From Bdellovibrionales bacterium (lineage in GTDB: Bacteria; Bdellovibrionota; Bdellovibrionia; Bdellovibrionales; JAUICD01), in assembly GCA_965197425.1 (NCBI GenBank), contig CBDANC010000011.1:1-52545 (forward strand): 52,545 bases of DNA, read 5' to 3'. Made by a program: the position numbers and the translations under genes. Shown one piece after another: positions 21,428 to 31,445 of the stretch. The first letter of the stretch is position 1; each line of letters begins with the position of its first letter. The notes beneath the pieces were generated by a model, which was given only the letters and a program-made list of their open reading frames with translations, did not search any database and was not told where the DNA came from.

Positions 21428-23287
21428 TTGCCATGGAGGTGTTACTTGCAATCAAGTGCGCTCATTATAACTGACAAAAAAGCTAAAGACTTAACAATAG
21501 GAGTGGAAAGCATTTCAGATAAAAAAATGGCATTTCCGCTTGCTGTCAATCAGTTTGAAACAATCATTATTGATTCTGATCTTTTTAAGTTTAAGGAACT
21601 TCAAGATTTATTAAAAAATGTAGAAGATCAGTCACCTTATACGCAAAAAATCATCTTAATGTCATCTTTAAGCTCCGAACAGCTCTTGCAATTAGTCAAT
21701 CAATTTGAAATTTTTAAAATCTTAGAAACATTTGATAATAAGGAATTAGAAAAGGCTATCGTAGAGTCTAAAGAAGCATTTTATTATTTGAAGCAAAATG
21801 AGGATCTCATTAAGCTCTACGATGAACAAAACGAAAAACTTCGAGATTCAAAAAAATCACTTGAAACTCGCATTAAAAAAAGACAAGAACATTTAGAAGC
21901 GCTTAAGCAAAAAGCCTTAGAAAGTAGTGAGCAGTTAAAAACTTTAGTACAAACAATTATACGTATTCAAACTGCTGATTCCTTTGAAGATATAGAGATG
22001 GGAATCACTCAAATGCTTTCTTCCTTTATGTATCTAAGAGAAGTAAAAATTATATTTAACTTGAATAAATCAGAGTCTTTGAAAAAAAACGATCGAAATT
22101 CTAATCTATCAAAAGATCAATATATATTTGACTTGGAGTTAGAGCCAGGTCTTCCAGGTCATATTTTATATCGTAAACAGGGAAATTTTAAGTCATCTGA
22201 AAAAAAAATTCTCAGGCAAATAAGTGAAGCTGTTGCTTTAACCATCAATAAAATACTAGTCAGACAAAAAACAGAAACTCTAAAAAGACAATGGGAAAGT
22301 ACTTTTCAATCCATTAGTTACCCTATTGCAATTATTGATGAAAACTTTAACCTTCTTCAATTCAACAAAAGTATGGCTGCTGCACATCAAGAGAAATGTT
22401 TTCAAATTTTATTTAATCGTAAGCTCCCTTGTGAAAACTGCCAGATGAAAAAATCTGGAGGAAGTTTTAAAATTTCAGATTCCAATAAACATATTGAAGT
22501 TTTAAGTCGAGAGTTTTCTGCGACTCCTTTATCTTATGTAAATGTTTATAAAGATATTACAGAAGAGGTGCTTTTAGAAAATCAAATTTTAGAAAAAGCC
22601 AAAGTATCAGAGTTAGGTATTATTGGTAGTAGTATTGCACATGAGCTAAATAATCCTTTATCTGGAATCATTGTGCTCTTACAGATGATTGACAACGAGA
22701 TTTCTAAAAATAGTAGATATGGAGAGGATATCTTGCAAATGAGGGATGCAGCAGAAAATTGTCGAAGGATTATTGATAACTTACTAAACTTTTCTAGGGT
22801 ATCACCCTCTACTCAAAGCTCATCTATAGATATTAAAGATCTAATTTATAAAATTATTCATTTAACAGAGCTAAAAACCAAACCTAGAGGTATTTATATT
22901 AAATTAACAGATAATAGCAGCCATCATGTTCTCACTTTACAAACAGAAATAATACAACAGGTTTTGACAAAGTTTCTTACTGTTATTTCTGAAACAGTTA
23001 TTAAAGATATGGAAGTAGACTTTCCTAAGATATTGGAAGCAGATAAAAGTATAAGAAGTAAAGAGCAAATTGCCATTTCATTAGTTACAAAAGACTCTTT
23101 TTATAAGATCATAGTTGATGTGTTTTTAACTCATGACGAACCACTACTTTCTGATATGGACATAAGCTACATTACCAGTCTAATGGCTTTTTTGAAAGGT
23201 GGCTTGACCTTAAGGCCTTATGATGGAGAAAAAGCCCAGGCCGAACTGAGGATTCCCTTTACCAAAGAACCAAAAAGCCTCAATTGA
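21428..23287 (+). CDS. Histidine-kinase-like sensor with degenerate receiver, coiled coil, PAS-like region and HisKA
   Basis: SIAHELNNPL H-box; C-x2-C in the PAS-like region; no recognisable N or G boxes. Confidence 0.75.
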   Translation: MPWRCYLQSSALIITDKKAKDLTIGVESISDKKMAFPLAVNQFETIIIDSDLFKFKELQDLLKNVEDQSPYTQKIILMSSLSSEQLLQLVNQFEIFKILETFDNKELEKAIVESKEAFYYLKQNEDLIKLYDEQNEKLRDSKKSLETRIKKRQEHLEALKQKALESSEQLKTLVQTIIRIQTADSFEDIEMGITQMLSSFMYLREVKIIFNLNKSESLKKNDRNSNLSKDQYIFDLELEPGLPGHILYRKQGNFKSSEKKILRQISEAVALTINKILVRQKTETLKRQWESTFQSISYPIAIIDENFNLLQFNKSMAAAHQEKCFQILFNRKLPCENCQMKKSGGSFKISDSNKHIEVLSREFSATPLSYVNVYKDITEEVLLENQILEKAKVSELGIIGSSIAHELNNPLSGIIVLLQMIDNEISKNSRYGEDILQMRDAAENCRRIIDNLLNFSRVSPSTQSSSIDIKDLIYKIIHLTELKTKPRGIYIKLTDNSSHHVLTLQTEIIQQVLTKFLTVISETVIKDMEVDFPKILEADKSIRSKEQIAISLVTKDSFYKIIVDVFLTHDEPLLSDMDISYITSLMAFLKGGLTLRPYDGEKAQAELRIPFTKEPKSLN

Positions 23288-23406
23288 AGTCCAAATCTTA
23301 AAGTGTTCAATCTACTGTAAATTGACAAAAAAAACAAAACGCCTTTACTCTGATCTAAGCCTCAGTGATTTTCTTAAATATATTTTAGGCTAGGAGATAA
23401 GACTAG

Positions 23407-24489
23407 ATGGATCAAATAAAAAAAGAAACGACTCATGACTTCCAAAAAAATACTATCTCTAAATTAGCTTCATCTATGCAAACCTCGAATGTTCAGCGAT
23501 CATCATATAATAAATGTAATAAGAAATTAGTGAATATTATTGGGCAGAGTTTAGAAGTCATAAAGCTTCTAAATTTAGTTGAACGTATAGCCAACGTTAA
23601 TTCTAATGTATTGATTACTGGTGAGACTGGAACAGGTAAAGAACTTGTTGCTCGTAGGATCCATAGTCTTTCTTCACGAGTAAATAAACCATTGGTTTCT
23701 GTCAATTGTGGAGCCATTCCTAGAGAGATATTAGAAAGTGAGCTTTTTGGTCATGTTAAAGGAGCTTTCACCGGAGCTATCTCAGATCGAAAAGGTCGTT
23801 TTGAAATGGCAAATGGTAGTAGTATCTTTTTAGATGAAATAGGGGATATGAGTTGTCATCTGCAAGTTAAGTTATTGCGAGTTTTACAAGAAAAAGAATT
23901 TGAACCTGTAGGATCTGATAAAACTCTGCGTGTAGATGTTAGAATTATTGCAGCTACAAATAAAAACTTGGAAAAAGCAGTTGCCGAATCTCGATTTAGA
24001 GAAGATCTTTTTTATCGTCTTAATGTTCTTCCTGTACATGTGCCTTCTTTAAGCCAGAGACGTTCTGATATTCCTCTTTTGGTTGAACACTTTATAGAGA
24101 AGTTTAATCAACTCAACCAAAAGAAAATTGAAGATATTTCTGTTGATGCTATGAATTTACTATATTGGTATGCTTGGCCAGGTAATGTTAGAGAGCTAGA
24201 AAATCTTGTAGAAAGGTTGGTTTTCTTAAAAGATGGAGGCCTCATTGATGCTCATGATATTCCACCACGATATCAAATGACACCTAAATGTAATGATCCT
24301 GTATCTGCTGTTATATCTGATTTATCTAGAGGGATTGATTTGAATTCTGTTATAAACCAATATGAGAGTAGTTTGATTTTAAAAGCCTTAGAAAAAACAG
24401 GGTGGAATCGCAATCAAGCTGCCTTACTTCTTAACATCAATCGCACGACTCTTATTGAAAAGATGAAGAAAAAAGGTCTTAAAAATTAA
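23407..24489 (+). CDS. Sigma54-dependent AAA+ activator with Fis HTH and no receiver domain
   Basis: GETGTGKE, ESELFGH.KGAFTGA, FLDEIG, FREDLFYRLNV, WPGNVRELEN, C-terminal HTH. Confidence 0.95.
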   Translation: MDQIKKETTHDFQKNTISKLASSMQTSNVQRSSYNKCNKKLVNIIGQSLEVIKLLNLVERIANVNSNVLITGETGTGKELVARRIHSLSSRVNKPLVSVNCGAIPREILESELFGHVKGAFTGAISDRKGRFEMANGSSIFLDEIGDMSCHLQVKLLRVLQEKEFEPVGSDKTLRVDVRIIAATNKNLEKAVAESRFREDLFYRLNVLPVHVPSLSQRRSDIPLLVEHFIEKFNQLNQKKIEDISVDAMNLLYWYAWPGNVRELENLVERLVFLKDGGLIDAHDIPPRYQMTPKCNDPVSAVISDLSRGIDLNSVINQYESSLILKALEKTGWNRNQAALLLNINRTTLIEKMKKKGLKN

Positions 24490-24563
24490 AATATACTTTT
24501 TTTAATTCATAACTGGTTAAGAGAAAACATATTCATCTCATATCATATTAAAGGAGAGGCTTT

Positions 24564-25589
24564 ATGAGAAAATCGATTAAAAAACTCATTTTATTGCCTT
24601 TGTTAATCATGCTAGTTGGATGTTCAGAACGCCTTAGAAAATATGCAACTTTTAAAGATAGAGGATCACAAATTCAAACATTTGTAGAAAATATTCAAGA
24701 CTTTCTTGGAAATGAAGTTATGGAGAGTGATAACCTTCAATGTCAAATAGAGATAAATGATGCGTTTAAAGATATGGATATGAGAATATTTTTGGAAGAA
24801 CTTCTTTTTAGTGTAGAGTTGAAAAGTGTTGTTGAAGCCTTACACAATGTAGTTGAAGGTGATGATATAAAACCAGTAGATATTGAAAAAATAATTACTG
24901 CAGAAGTTGATCCATCTATGTATGAAACTCAAACATTTCTTAGTTTTTTAGAAAGAACTTCAGAAGGAGGTATCAATAATTATAATTCGGAACTAAATGC
25001 ATTGAAAAGTTTATGGTCTAATTGTCAAGAAAACCCACAGACTTCCTTGTCACGTGAAGATCAGCTTATAAAAGATGTATTTACATTTTGGAGAGATCAC
25101 ATGGTATCCATAAATCATATTAACAATTGTCAAGAGGAGATTAGAAACTATGTATTTAATAATGATGAATTATCTTTATACATAGAAAACTACATAAATC
25201 CTCTACAGACTGGCACTCAACAAAATGCTGATCAAGTGATATTAGAATTTAATGATATAAAAGAAATACAAGATAACTGTATTGTAAATGAGGACTTGGA
25301 GCTAACCGATCCTCAAAAAGAAGCTGAACAGCTTATAAGAGAGATGTTTGCATTTTGGATTGATAAAATGATACCTCTTAATAATAATGTTTGTCAGCAG
25401 GGTGTGGTAGACTATATAGCTGGTAATGATGAGTTAATACTCTTTATAAATGATTTATTCAATGTTACTCTTGATCCTCTTAATACTATATATGATGATA
25501 TCAGTGAACCTGAGAGTCCATTTCGAGATCGCATGAGGGGCCACTTGGATGAATTGGAGAGCAGTTGGGATATGTGTATAGATGGTTAG
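24564..25589 (+). CDS. Hypothetical acidic lipoprotein
   Basis: AAGGAGAGG RBS; LVGC lipobox; internal repeat (DQLIKDVFTFW / EQLIREMFAFW). Confidence 0.75.
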   Translation: MRKSIKKLILLPLLIMLVGCSERLRKYATFKDRGSQIQTFVENIQDFLGNEVMESDNLQCQIEINDAFKDMDMRIFLEELLFSVELKSVVEALHNVVEGDDIKPVDIEKIITAEVDPSMYETQTFLSFLERTSEGGINNYNSELNALKSLWSNCQENPQTSLSREDQLIKDVFTFWRDHMVSINHINNCQEEIRNYVFNNDELSLYIENYINPLQTGTQQNADQVILEFNDIKEIQDNCIVNEDLELTDPQKEAEQLIREMFAFWIDKMIPLNNNVCQQGVVDYIAGNDELILFINDLFNVTLDPLNTIYDDISEPESPFRDRMRGHLDELESSWDMCIDG

Positions 25590-25600
25590 GATTTGTTGTC

Positions 25601-25729
25601 GTTTCGAGATCACGTATTGAAATTACAGGCTATATCTTATTAAACTCTTTGTATGAGTCAGGCAAACTGGCAATCCGGCAGTCCGGTAAACTGGCAGCAG
25701 TATCAGGGATCCATTTTAAATTTTTGCAC
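25601..25729 (+). repeat. Dispersed repeat of about 130 bp, inverted relative to 27561-27685
   Basis: ctatatcttattaaactctttgtatgagtcaggcaaactggcaatc versus the reverse complement of the second copy ctatatcttactaagcccctttgtatgactcaggcaaacaggcaatc. Confidence 0.75.
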
Positions 25730-25800
25730 CTTAAAATTAACTTGTTAAGTTGACGTGAAAGTATCGGCTATGGTTGTTCACCTTCTTCTACCTCTGCCGT

Positions 25801-26442
25801 TTAAAGCTGAAGGACTTCTTCTGCAATTTGAAAATAAAAACTGCTGATAGGTTTGCGACCATAATCATTTTCAGCATGTGGATTTGCTCCAAACTCCTCC
25901 ACTAAAACTTTTGCTAAATTAATATCAGCGTCATGTATTGGTGTGTTGCCGCTCTCGTCTCGAGCCTCTACTCTTGCTCCTTCCCTTATTAAGATTCTTG
26001 CTATGTATAGATTGTTAGTATCATGTAGTGGTGTTCTACTTTTTTTATTTTGAGCATGTATATCTGCTTTTTCCCTTATTAAGATCCTTGCTACATGCGG
26101 ACTTTTATTGTAATGTAGTGGTGTGTCGCCGTTGTTGTCTTGAGCATTTATATCTGCGCCTTTTTGAATTAAAGCTTCCACTACATCTAAAATATAAGCA
26201 TCAGGTTCTAATTCTGACAAATAAATCATAAGGATTGTTTTGCCGGTATCATCTCGAGCATCTACATCTATCTTATCAGATTGCAATAGAGAATTAACCT
26301 TTTCTTGATTACCTTCTAGAAGATACATTACAAGTCTGCGGCTCTCATCATCAGAGAGTCCTCTAGCACATACATCTGCATATGATGTCTCAGAAATAAA
26401 AATAAATAAAAAGATGGGTATAAAGTGCTTATATTTCGTCAT
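25801..26442 (-). CDS. Secreted ankyrin-repeat protein
   Basis: Signal peptide (SYA); GKTILM, GDTPLH, RTPLH, GNTPIH. Confidence 0.9.
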   Translation of the reverse strand: MTKYKHFIPIFLFIFISETSYADVCARGLSDDESRRLVMYLLEGNQEKVNSLLQSDKIDVDARDDTGKTILMIYLSELEPDAYILDVVEALIQKGADINAQDNNGDTPLHYNKSPHVARILIREKADIHAQNKKSRTPLHDTNNLYIARILIREGARVEARDESGNTPIHDADINLAKVLVEEFGANPHAENDYGRKPISSFYFQIAEEVLQL

Positions 26443-26715
26443 AAAATGCCTCTTTCCACTTAATTCATTGGATTTTGGATTGATTATTGAGGGATGTTAA
26501 ATTAAGAAAATATCTTTGTCAAGGAGGTAGAAAGGGTTTTACCAAGTTTTGTTAAATTGCCGTTTTCCTGGAGAAAAAAGAAATCTTTCAAAAGAGATAC
26601 TAATTACGTTGAATGTACTACTTAAGAGTGAGCGCAGAAATTCAAAATAAAACTTGAATAAAATAGGGTAATGACAGTAAAAACAATAGATCGAAGATGA
26701 ATTATCGAGTATAGA

Positions 26716-27561
26716 GTGATGAGAATGAATAAAAAGTTAGAAATCTCAGAATTATTAGAACAGGCAAGAAAAAGTCGTATTTTAATTTTACGTATGCTTG
26801 AAAAGGCTGGTAGTGGTCATCCAGGAAGCTCTTTATCTGCTATTGACCTTATTACGGCACTTTTTTTTAGGCAAATGCGTTTTAACCCTCAAAATCCGAC
26901 TTGGCCGGATCGGGATCGGTTTATTTTGAGTAAAGGGCATGCAGCTCCTGCTATTTATGCTACTTTAGGTTACTGTGGATATTTTGATCCAGAAGATACA
27001 TTATCTTTACGCAAACTCAATAGTCCTTTTCAGGGTCACCCTGATCATATAAGGCTCCCTGCTGTAGAGGCTTCTACAGGCTCTTTAGGCCAAGGTTTAT
27101 CTGTATCTATTGGAATGTCACTTTGCGCGCGTATGGATAAAAAAGATCACCGTATTTATTGCCTTATAGGAGACGGTGAAATGCAGGAAGGGCAAATATG
27201 GGAAGCTATTATGTCAGCTGGAAATTTTTCTTTAGATAACTTATGTCTTATTATAGACTGCAACAAATATCAGATTGATGGTCGAGTAGATGATATTATG
27301 AGTTTATCTCCTCTTGTGGAAAAACTTCAGGCTTTTAAATGGAATGTCTTGCAAATTGATGGGCATGATATGCCTCAAATTGTAGAAGCTTTTGAAAAGG
27401 CTTCTTCTCATAAAGGGCAGCCTACTGTGGTTGTTGCTCATACAATTAAGGGCAAAGGGGTAAGTTTTATGGAAGATGACAATCACTGGCATGGTGTAGC
27501 TCCCAATCCACAGGAATTAAAGAAAGCTCTTGATGAACTCAACTCGCCATCTGCAAACTGA
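26716..27561 (+). CDS. Transketolase, N-terminal TPP-binding subunit
   Basis: SGHPG, DRFILSKGH, STGSLGQG, GDGEMQEG, TIKGKG. Confidence 0.95.
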   Translation: MMRMNKKLEISELLEQARKSRILILRMLEKAGSGHPGSSLSAIDLITALFFRQMRFNPQNPTWPDRDRFILSKGHAAPAIYATLGYCGYFDPEDTLSLRKLNSPFQGHPDHIRLPAVEASTGSLGQGLSVSIGMSLCARMDKKDHRIYCLIGDGEMQEGQIWEAIMSAGNFSLDNLCLIIDCNKYQIDGRVDDIMSLSPLVEKLQAFKWNVLQIDGHDMPQIVEAFEKASSHKGQPTVVVAHTIKGKGVSFMEDDNHWHGVAPNPQELKKALDELNSPSAN

Positions 27562-27685
27562 TGTAAAAATTTAAAGTTACTGACAACAGATACAGCTTGC
27601 CGGATAACTGATTGCCTGTTTGCCTGAGTCATACAAAGGGGCTTAGTAAGATATAGTTTGTAAATTTAGTATGTTGTCTTGAAAT
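27561..27685 (-). repeat. Dispersed repeat of about 125 bp, inverted partner of 25601-25729
   Basis: See the partner copy; lies between the two transketolase genes. Confidence 0.75.
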
Positions 27686-27802
27686 GGTAGCACACTCTAG
27701 TAATAAGAAGAGGTACATATCAGTAACGAAGATGAGGAGATACAAGTTTATCAGATAACCTTTTTTTGAAACCTAAAAATGCAATTTAAATAGGGGGTAC
27801 AT

Positions 27803-28744
27803 ATCAGTAGCGAAAAGTCGACGAGGGTGAGTTTTGGGGAGTCTTTGTTAGAGTTAGGGGAGGAGTTTCCGGGCATTGTTGTTTTGGATGCGGATTTATC
27901 TAAGAGCACGCAATCTGCCTTATTTGCTAAGAAATTTCCTGAAAGGTTTTTTCAGATGGGTATTCAGGAGGCCAATATGATTGGAGCGGCTTCTGGTATG
28001 GCTTTTGATGGGAAAATTCCTTTTTTATGTTCATTTGGAGCTTTTTTGACGGGCCGGTTTGACACCATACGTGTAACTGTTGGTTATGGTGAGGCGAATA
28101 TTCGATTAGTGGGTACTCATGCTGGTATTGGTATTGGAGAGGATGGGACGACACAGATGGCTTTGGAGGATTTAGCTTGTATGCAGGTTATACCTGGGAT
28201 GAGCGTATTTTCTCCGGCGGATGATATAGAGACGAAGGCTCTTATGAGGTATTTAGTGGAGCATAGAGGGCCTGTTTATTTAAGGTTAACTCGTCAGAAG
28301 GTTCCTCAGGTTTTTGGAAAGGATTATCAATTTCGTTATGGAAAATTTACAGAGGTTAAGGAAGGAAAGGATGCTCTTTTGTTGACGACGGGTCATCAGA
28401 CGGGGCTAGGCTTGCGAGCGGCCAATTTATTAGAAAGAGAAGGAATAAGCCTTGCTGTTATGAATGTTTGCAGTATTAAACCTATTGATAGGGAGGCTAT
28501 TGAATCTTGGATAAATCGGGTACCTTTTATTTTTACAGCAGAGGATCACAATGTGGTAGGAGGTATGGGCAGTGCTGTGGCAAATGTCATGGCAGAGAAG
28601 GCTTCACAAGCTAGGCTTGTTAAAATTGGAGTTCCCGACACTTTTGGAGAAAGTGGTTCACCTAGTGCTCTTTATGAAAAGTATGCTTTAGATGCAACAG
28701 GTATAACCCGCACTGTCAAAAGTCATCTTTCTTTGATATCTTAA
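27803..28744 (+). CDS. Transketolase, C-terminal subunit
   Basis: DADLSKST, GIQEANM, GEDGTTQ, FGESG; start uncertain (ATC 27803 or GTG 27827). Confidence 0.93.
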   Translation: MSSEKSTRVSFGESLLELGEEFPGIVVLDADLSKSTQSALFAKKFPERFFQMGIQEANMIGAASGMAFDGKIPFLCSFGAFLTGRFDTIRVTVGYGEANIRLVGTHAGIGIGEDGTTQMALEDLACMQVIPGMSVFSPADDIETKALMRYLVEHRGPVYLRLTRQKVPQVFGKDYQFRYGKFTEVKEGKDALLLTTGHQTGLGLRAANLLEREGISLAVMNVCSIKPIDREAIESWINRVPFIFTAEDHNVVGGMGSAVANVMAEKASQARLVKIGVPDTFGESGSPSALYEKYALDATGITRTVKSHLSLIS

Positions 28745-28824
28745 GTTATTGGGTGTTTTTTCAAAAAAGTTATTAGAACTCATCTCAAAATGATTTCCTG
28801 TGTTCACAAAACAAACCTGTTTCA

Positions 28825-28892
28825 CTCAAAATGAACGCTTACGACTTTCTTAAAGCGTGCATGCTCGCTTTAAGAGAGTCCGTCTATTTTGA
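28825..28892 (-). repeat. Structured three-way-junction element, short degenerate copy C
   Basis: Reverse complement TCAAAATAGACG...TAAAGCG...CGCTTT-AGAAAG-TCGTAAGCG-TTCATTTTGAG. Confidence 0.55.
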
Positions 28893-28893
28893 C

Positions 28894-28979
28894 TAGAAGC
28901 CATCTTTAGCTATATTATGTTTTGTATTTTGCAATTTTGTATTATTTACTGCTATCATGTATTTTTGAGATGGCTTCAA
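28894..28979. mobile_element. MITE-like element (AGAAGCCATCT / AGATGGCTTC ends)
   Basis: Same terminal inverted repeat as 2158-2249 and again adjacent to a structured element. Confidence 0.5.
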
Positions 28980-28996
28980 TAATAAGGAGATCCTCA

Positions 28997-29746
28997 ATGA
29001 TAAGAAAATTTATCCAATTATTCATTCTTTTTATAATAGGGTTATTTGCAAATCTTTCTTATGCAAAGATAGATGTAGCTATTTATGGAGGCATGAAGCG
29101 GTTTAATGGGACAACAGTGAATATGCCAAGTGAAGCTGGGCCAAAGACAGATTGGGAAAACCACTCATGGATTTTTGATACAGATATTCTTTATAGGTTA
29201 CCTGCGGGTTTTAGTGTTGGTGTAAGGTATCAACATCTTTTATCGTCGGGCAGGTATATCAAGGTGCCAGGTACACAGTCTTCTTCTGATGATACGCAGT
29301 CTAGTTCAGAGGCAGAGGATGTTGAAGCAGAATCAGGTCCATTACAGGCATTTCATTCTAACGCTGGTCGTATAGCTCTTTTGGGACGCTATAGGTTTAT
29401 CAATGGCTCAGATGCAGAGGGTTTTTTTACGGGGGTTTTGGTTGCATTGGATGTATTTAAATTTTTTATGTTTGATATGAAAAAGACAGAGGATGAAGTT
29501 TCTGTTGATAAAACGATGACAAGTTACCCATGGTTATGGGAAAAACTGACAGGTCAGGTTGGTTTTGAAGTGGGTTTTAAGTGGTCTCATCTTTTTTTAA
29601 AGGTAGAAGTGGGGTATGATTTATTTTCTTTTAATTATTTAAGTTGCAGTTCTCAATCGGAGCAGTGTGCAACCCATACTCCGGAGGATTCTTTTAATTT
29701 TAATTCTTTTTACGGGATGTTAGGGATAGGCTATGCCTTTAAGTAA
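28997..29746 (+). CDS. Putative outer-membrane beta-barrel protein
   Basis: AAGGAG RBS, signal peptide (SYA), alternating beta strands, C-terminal GMLGIGYAF. Confidence 0.7.
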   Translation: MIRKFIQLFILFIIGLFANLSYAKIDVAIYGGMKRFNGTTVNMPSEAGPKTDWENHSWIFDTDILYRLPAGFSVGVRYQHLLSSGRYIKVPGTQSSSDDTQSSSEAEDVEAESGPLQAFHSNAGRIALLGRYRFINGSDAEGFFTGVLVALDVFKFFMFDMKKTEDEVSVDKTMTSYPWLWEKLTGQVGFEVGFKWSHLFLKVEVGYDLFSFNYLSCSSQSEQCATHTPEDSFNFNSFYGMLGIGYAFK

Positions 29747-29773
29747 ATGTCATAAAAGGTCATATAACAAACA

Positions 29774-30871
29774 ATGAAACCGACCATTCTGTGTGTTGAT
29801 GATGAAATTGACAATGTTGAGGTCTTAGAAAGGACTTTCCGCGCATCTTATCATGTGATGACAGCTACTTCTGGCTTGGAAGCTCTTAAATTATTAGAGC
29901 AAAAGGAAGTGGCTGTTATTATTAGTGATCAGAGAATGCCTCAAATGACGGGAGTGGAATTTTTACAAAAATCTATTTCTTCACATCCTGATACCATACG
30001 CATATTATTGACGGGTTATAGCGACATAAACTCTGTTATTGATGCTATTAATACAGGTCAGGTTTATCGGTATATCACAAAACCTTGGGATATCCATGAT
30101 TTAAAGTCTACTGTTGCAAGGGCTATAGAGCGTTACTCTATGCACAAAGAGCTTCAACAAAAGACAGAAGATCTCAAAAAGGCGTATGAGGAGCTTAAAA
30201 GTTTAGATCAAGCTAAGTCTCATTTTATGCTATTAATTCACCATGAGTTGAGGACTCCATTAACAATTATTTCCAATTTTTTAGAATTATTGGCACAATC
30301 TGGTTTAAATTCAGATCAGGCTCTTTATTGTGAAAAAATCCAATCTGGAGCAGATCGTTTGAACGAGCTGATTTTCTCTGTTTTAGAGATTATGGAAGCT
30401 GAGACAGGACGATTAAAGCTTGTTAAAGGTTCTATTCATTTAAAACCTATTATAGAAGACCTTCTCTTAGAACTTCAGAGTTCTGCAAAGGATGGGAAGC
30501 AAGCGTTTGACCTCCAAATTTCAGAAGATTCTGTGTGTGCAGATCAAAAAATTATAAAAAAAGTACTGAAAAAGTTACTTCAAAATGCTATTGAGTTTTC
30601 AGAACCTAATAAGACAATCTCTATTCGATCTGTTCATAAGGAAGATCAAAACATAGAGGTTTCTATAACAAATACTGGTCCAACTCTTTCTGAAGAGACT
30701 ATTAGGAGTATTTTAAAACCGTTCACGCTTAATGAAGACAGCATGAAGCATAGTAAGGGGCTTGGGCTTGGGCTTAGCCTTTGTCAGTCTTTATTAAAAT
30801 GTCATGACTCCAAATTGCAGATTATCAGTCAGAACAACACTATAAAAGTTAGCTTTGTTCTTAAAAAATGA
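29774..30871 (+). CDS. Hybrid receiver-histidine kinase
   Basis: VDDE, SDQRMP, KPW receiver; HELRTPL; NAIEF; GLGLGL. Confidence 0.93.
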   Translation: MKPTILCVDDEIDNVEVLERTFRASYHVMTATSGLEALKLLEQKEVAVIISDQRMPQMTGVEFLQKSISSHPDTIRILLTGYSDINSVIDAINTGQVYRYITKPWDIHDLKSTVARAIERYSMHKELQQKTEDLKKAYEELKSLDQAKSHFMLLIHHELRTPLTIISNFLELLAQSGLNSDQALYCEKIQSGADRLNELIFSVLEIMEAETGRLKLVKGSIHLKPIIEDLLLELQSSAKDGKQAFDLQISEDSVCADQKIIKKVLKKLLQNAIEFSEPNKTISIRSVHKEDQNIEVSITNTGPTLSEETIRSILKPFTLNEDSMKHSKGLGLGLSLCQSLLKCHDSKLQIISQNNTIKVSFVLKK

Positions 30872-31003
30872 GTTTCAATCAATAGAATGATTGTCAGGAC
30901 GTGATATTCTCATTATAATGATAAAAGTGCTTTACAAATACCAAAATTTAAATTTATATTCTTATAATTTTTTAAAATAAAAAAGGTTGAGGAAAAATAA
31001 TTT

Positions 31004-31336
31004 ATGGCAACTCAAAGTGTTCAAAGTCAAAAAATTCATATTCGCCTTAAGGCGTTTGATTACAGACTACTTGATCAATCGACAAAGGAGATCATAGAAA
31101 CTGTTCGAAGGACAGGCGCGAAAGTTGCGGGACCTATACCACTTCCTACTAGAATTAATCGCTATACTGTTTTAACATCGCCGCATGTAGATAAAAAATC
31201 GCGTGAACAATTTGAAATTCGCACTCACAAGCGAGTTTTAGATATTTTAGACCCAACACAGCAAACTGTTGATCAGTTGATGAAGTTAGACCTTTCGGCG
31301 GGAGTAGATGTAGAGATCAAATTATCGGTAGTTTAG
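31004..31336 (+). CDS. rpsJ: 30S ribosomal protein S10
   Basis: [33 protein letters not shown]. Confidence 0.98.
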   Translation: MATQSVQSQKIHIRLKAFDYRLLDQSTKEIIETVRRTGAKVAGPIPLPTRINRYTVLTSPHVDKKSREQFEIRTHKRVLDILDPTQQTVDQLMKLDLSAGVDVEIKLSVV

Positions 31337-31445
31337 ATAAAAAAAGTGATTTGATAAGACTTTATAGTAGCTTAGAAAACTCGATAGACGTTTCTTTCAA
31401 ATAATGAGAATATAATTTTTCAATCAGGGATTAGGGATAATAATA

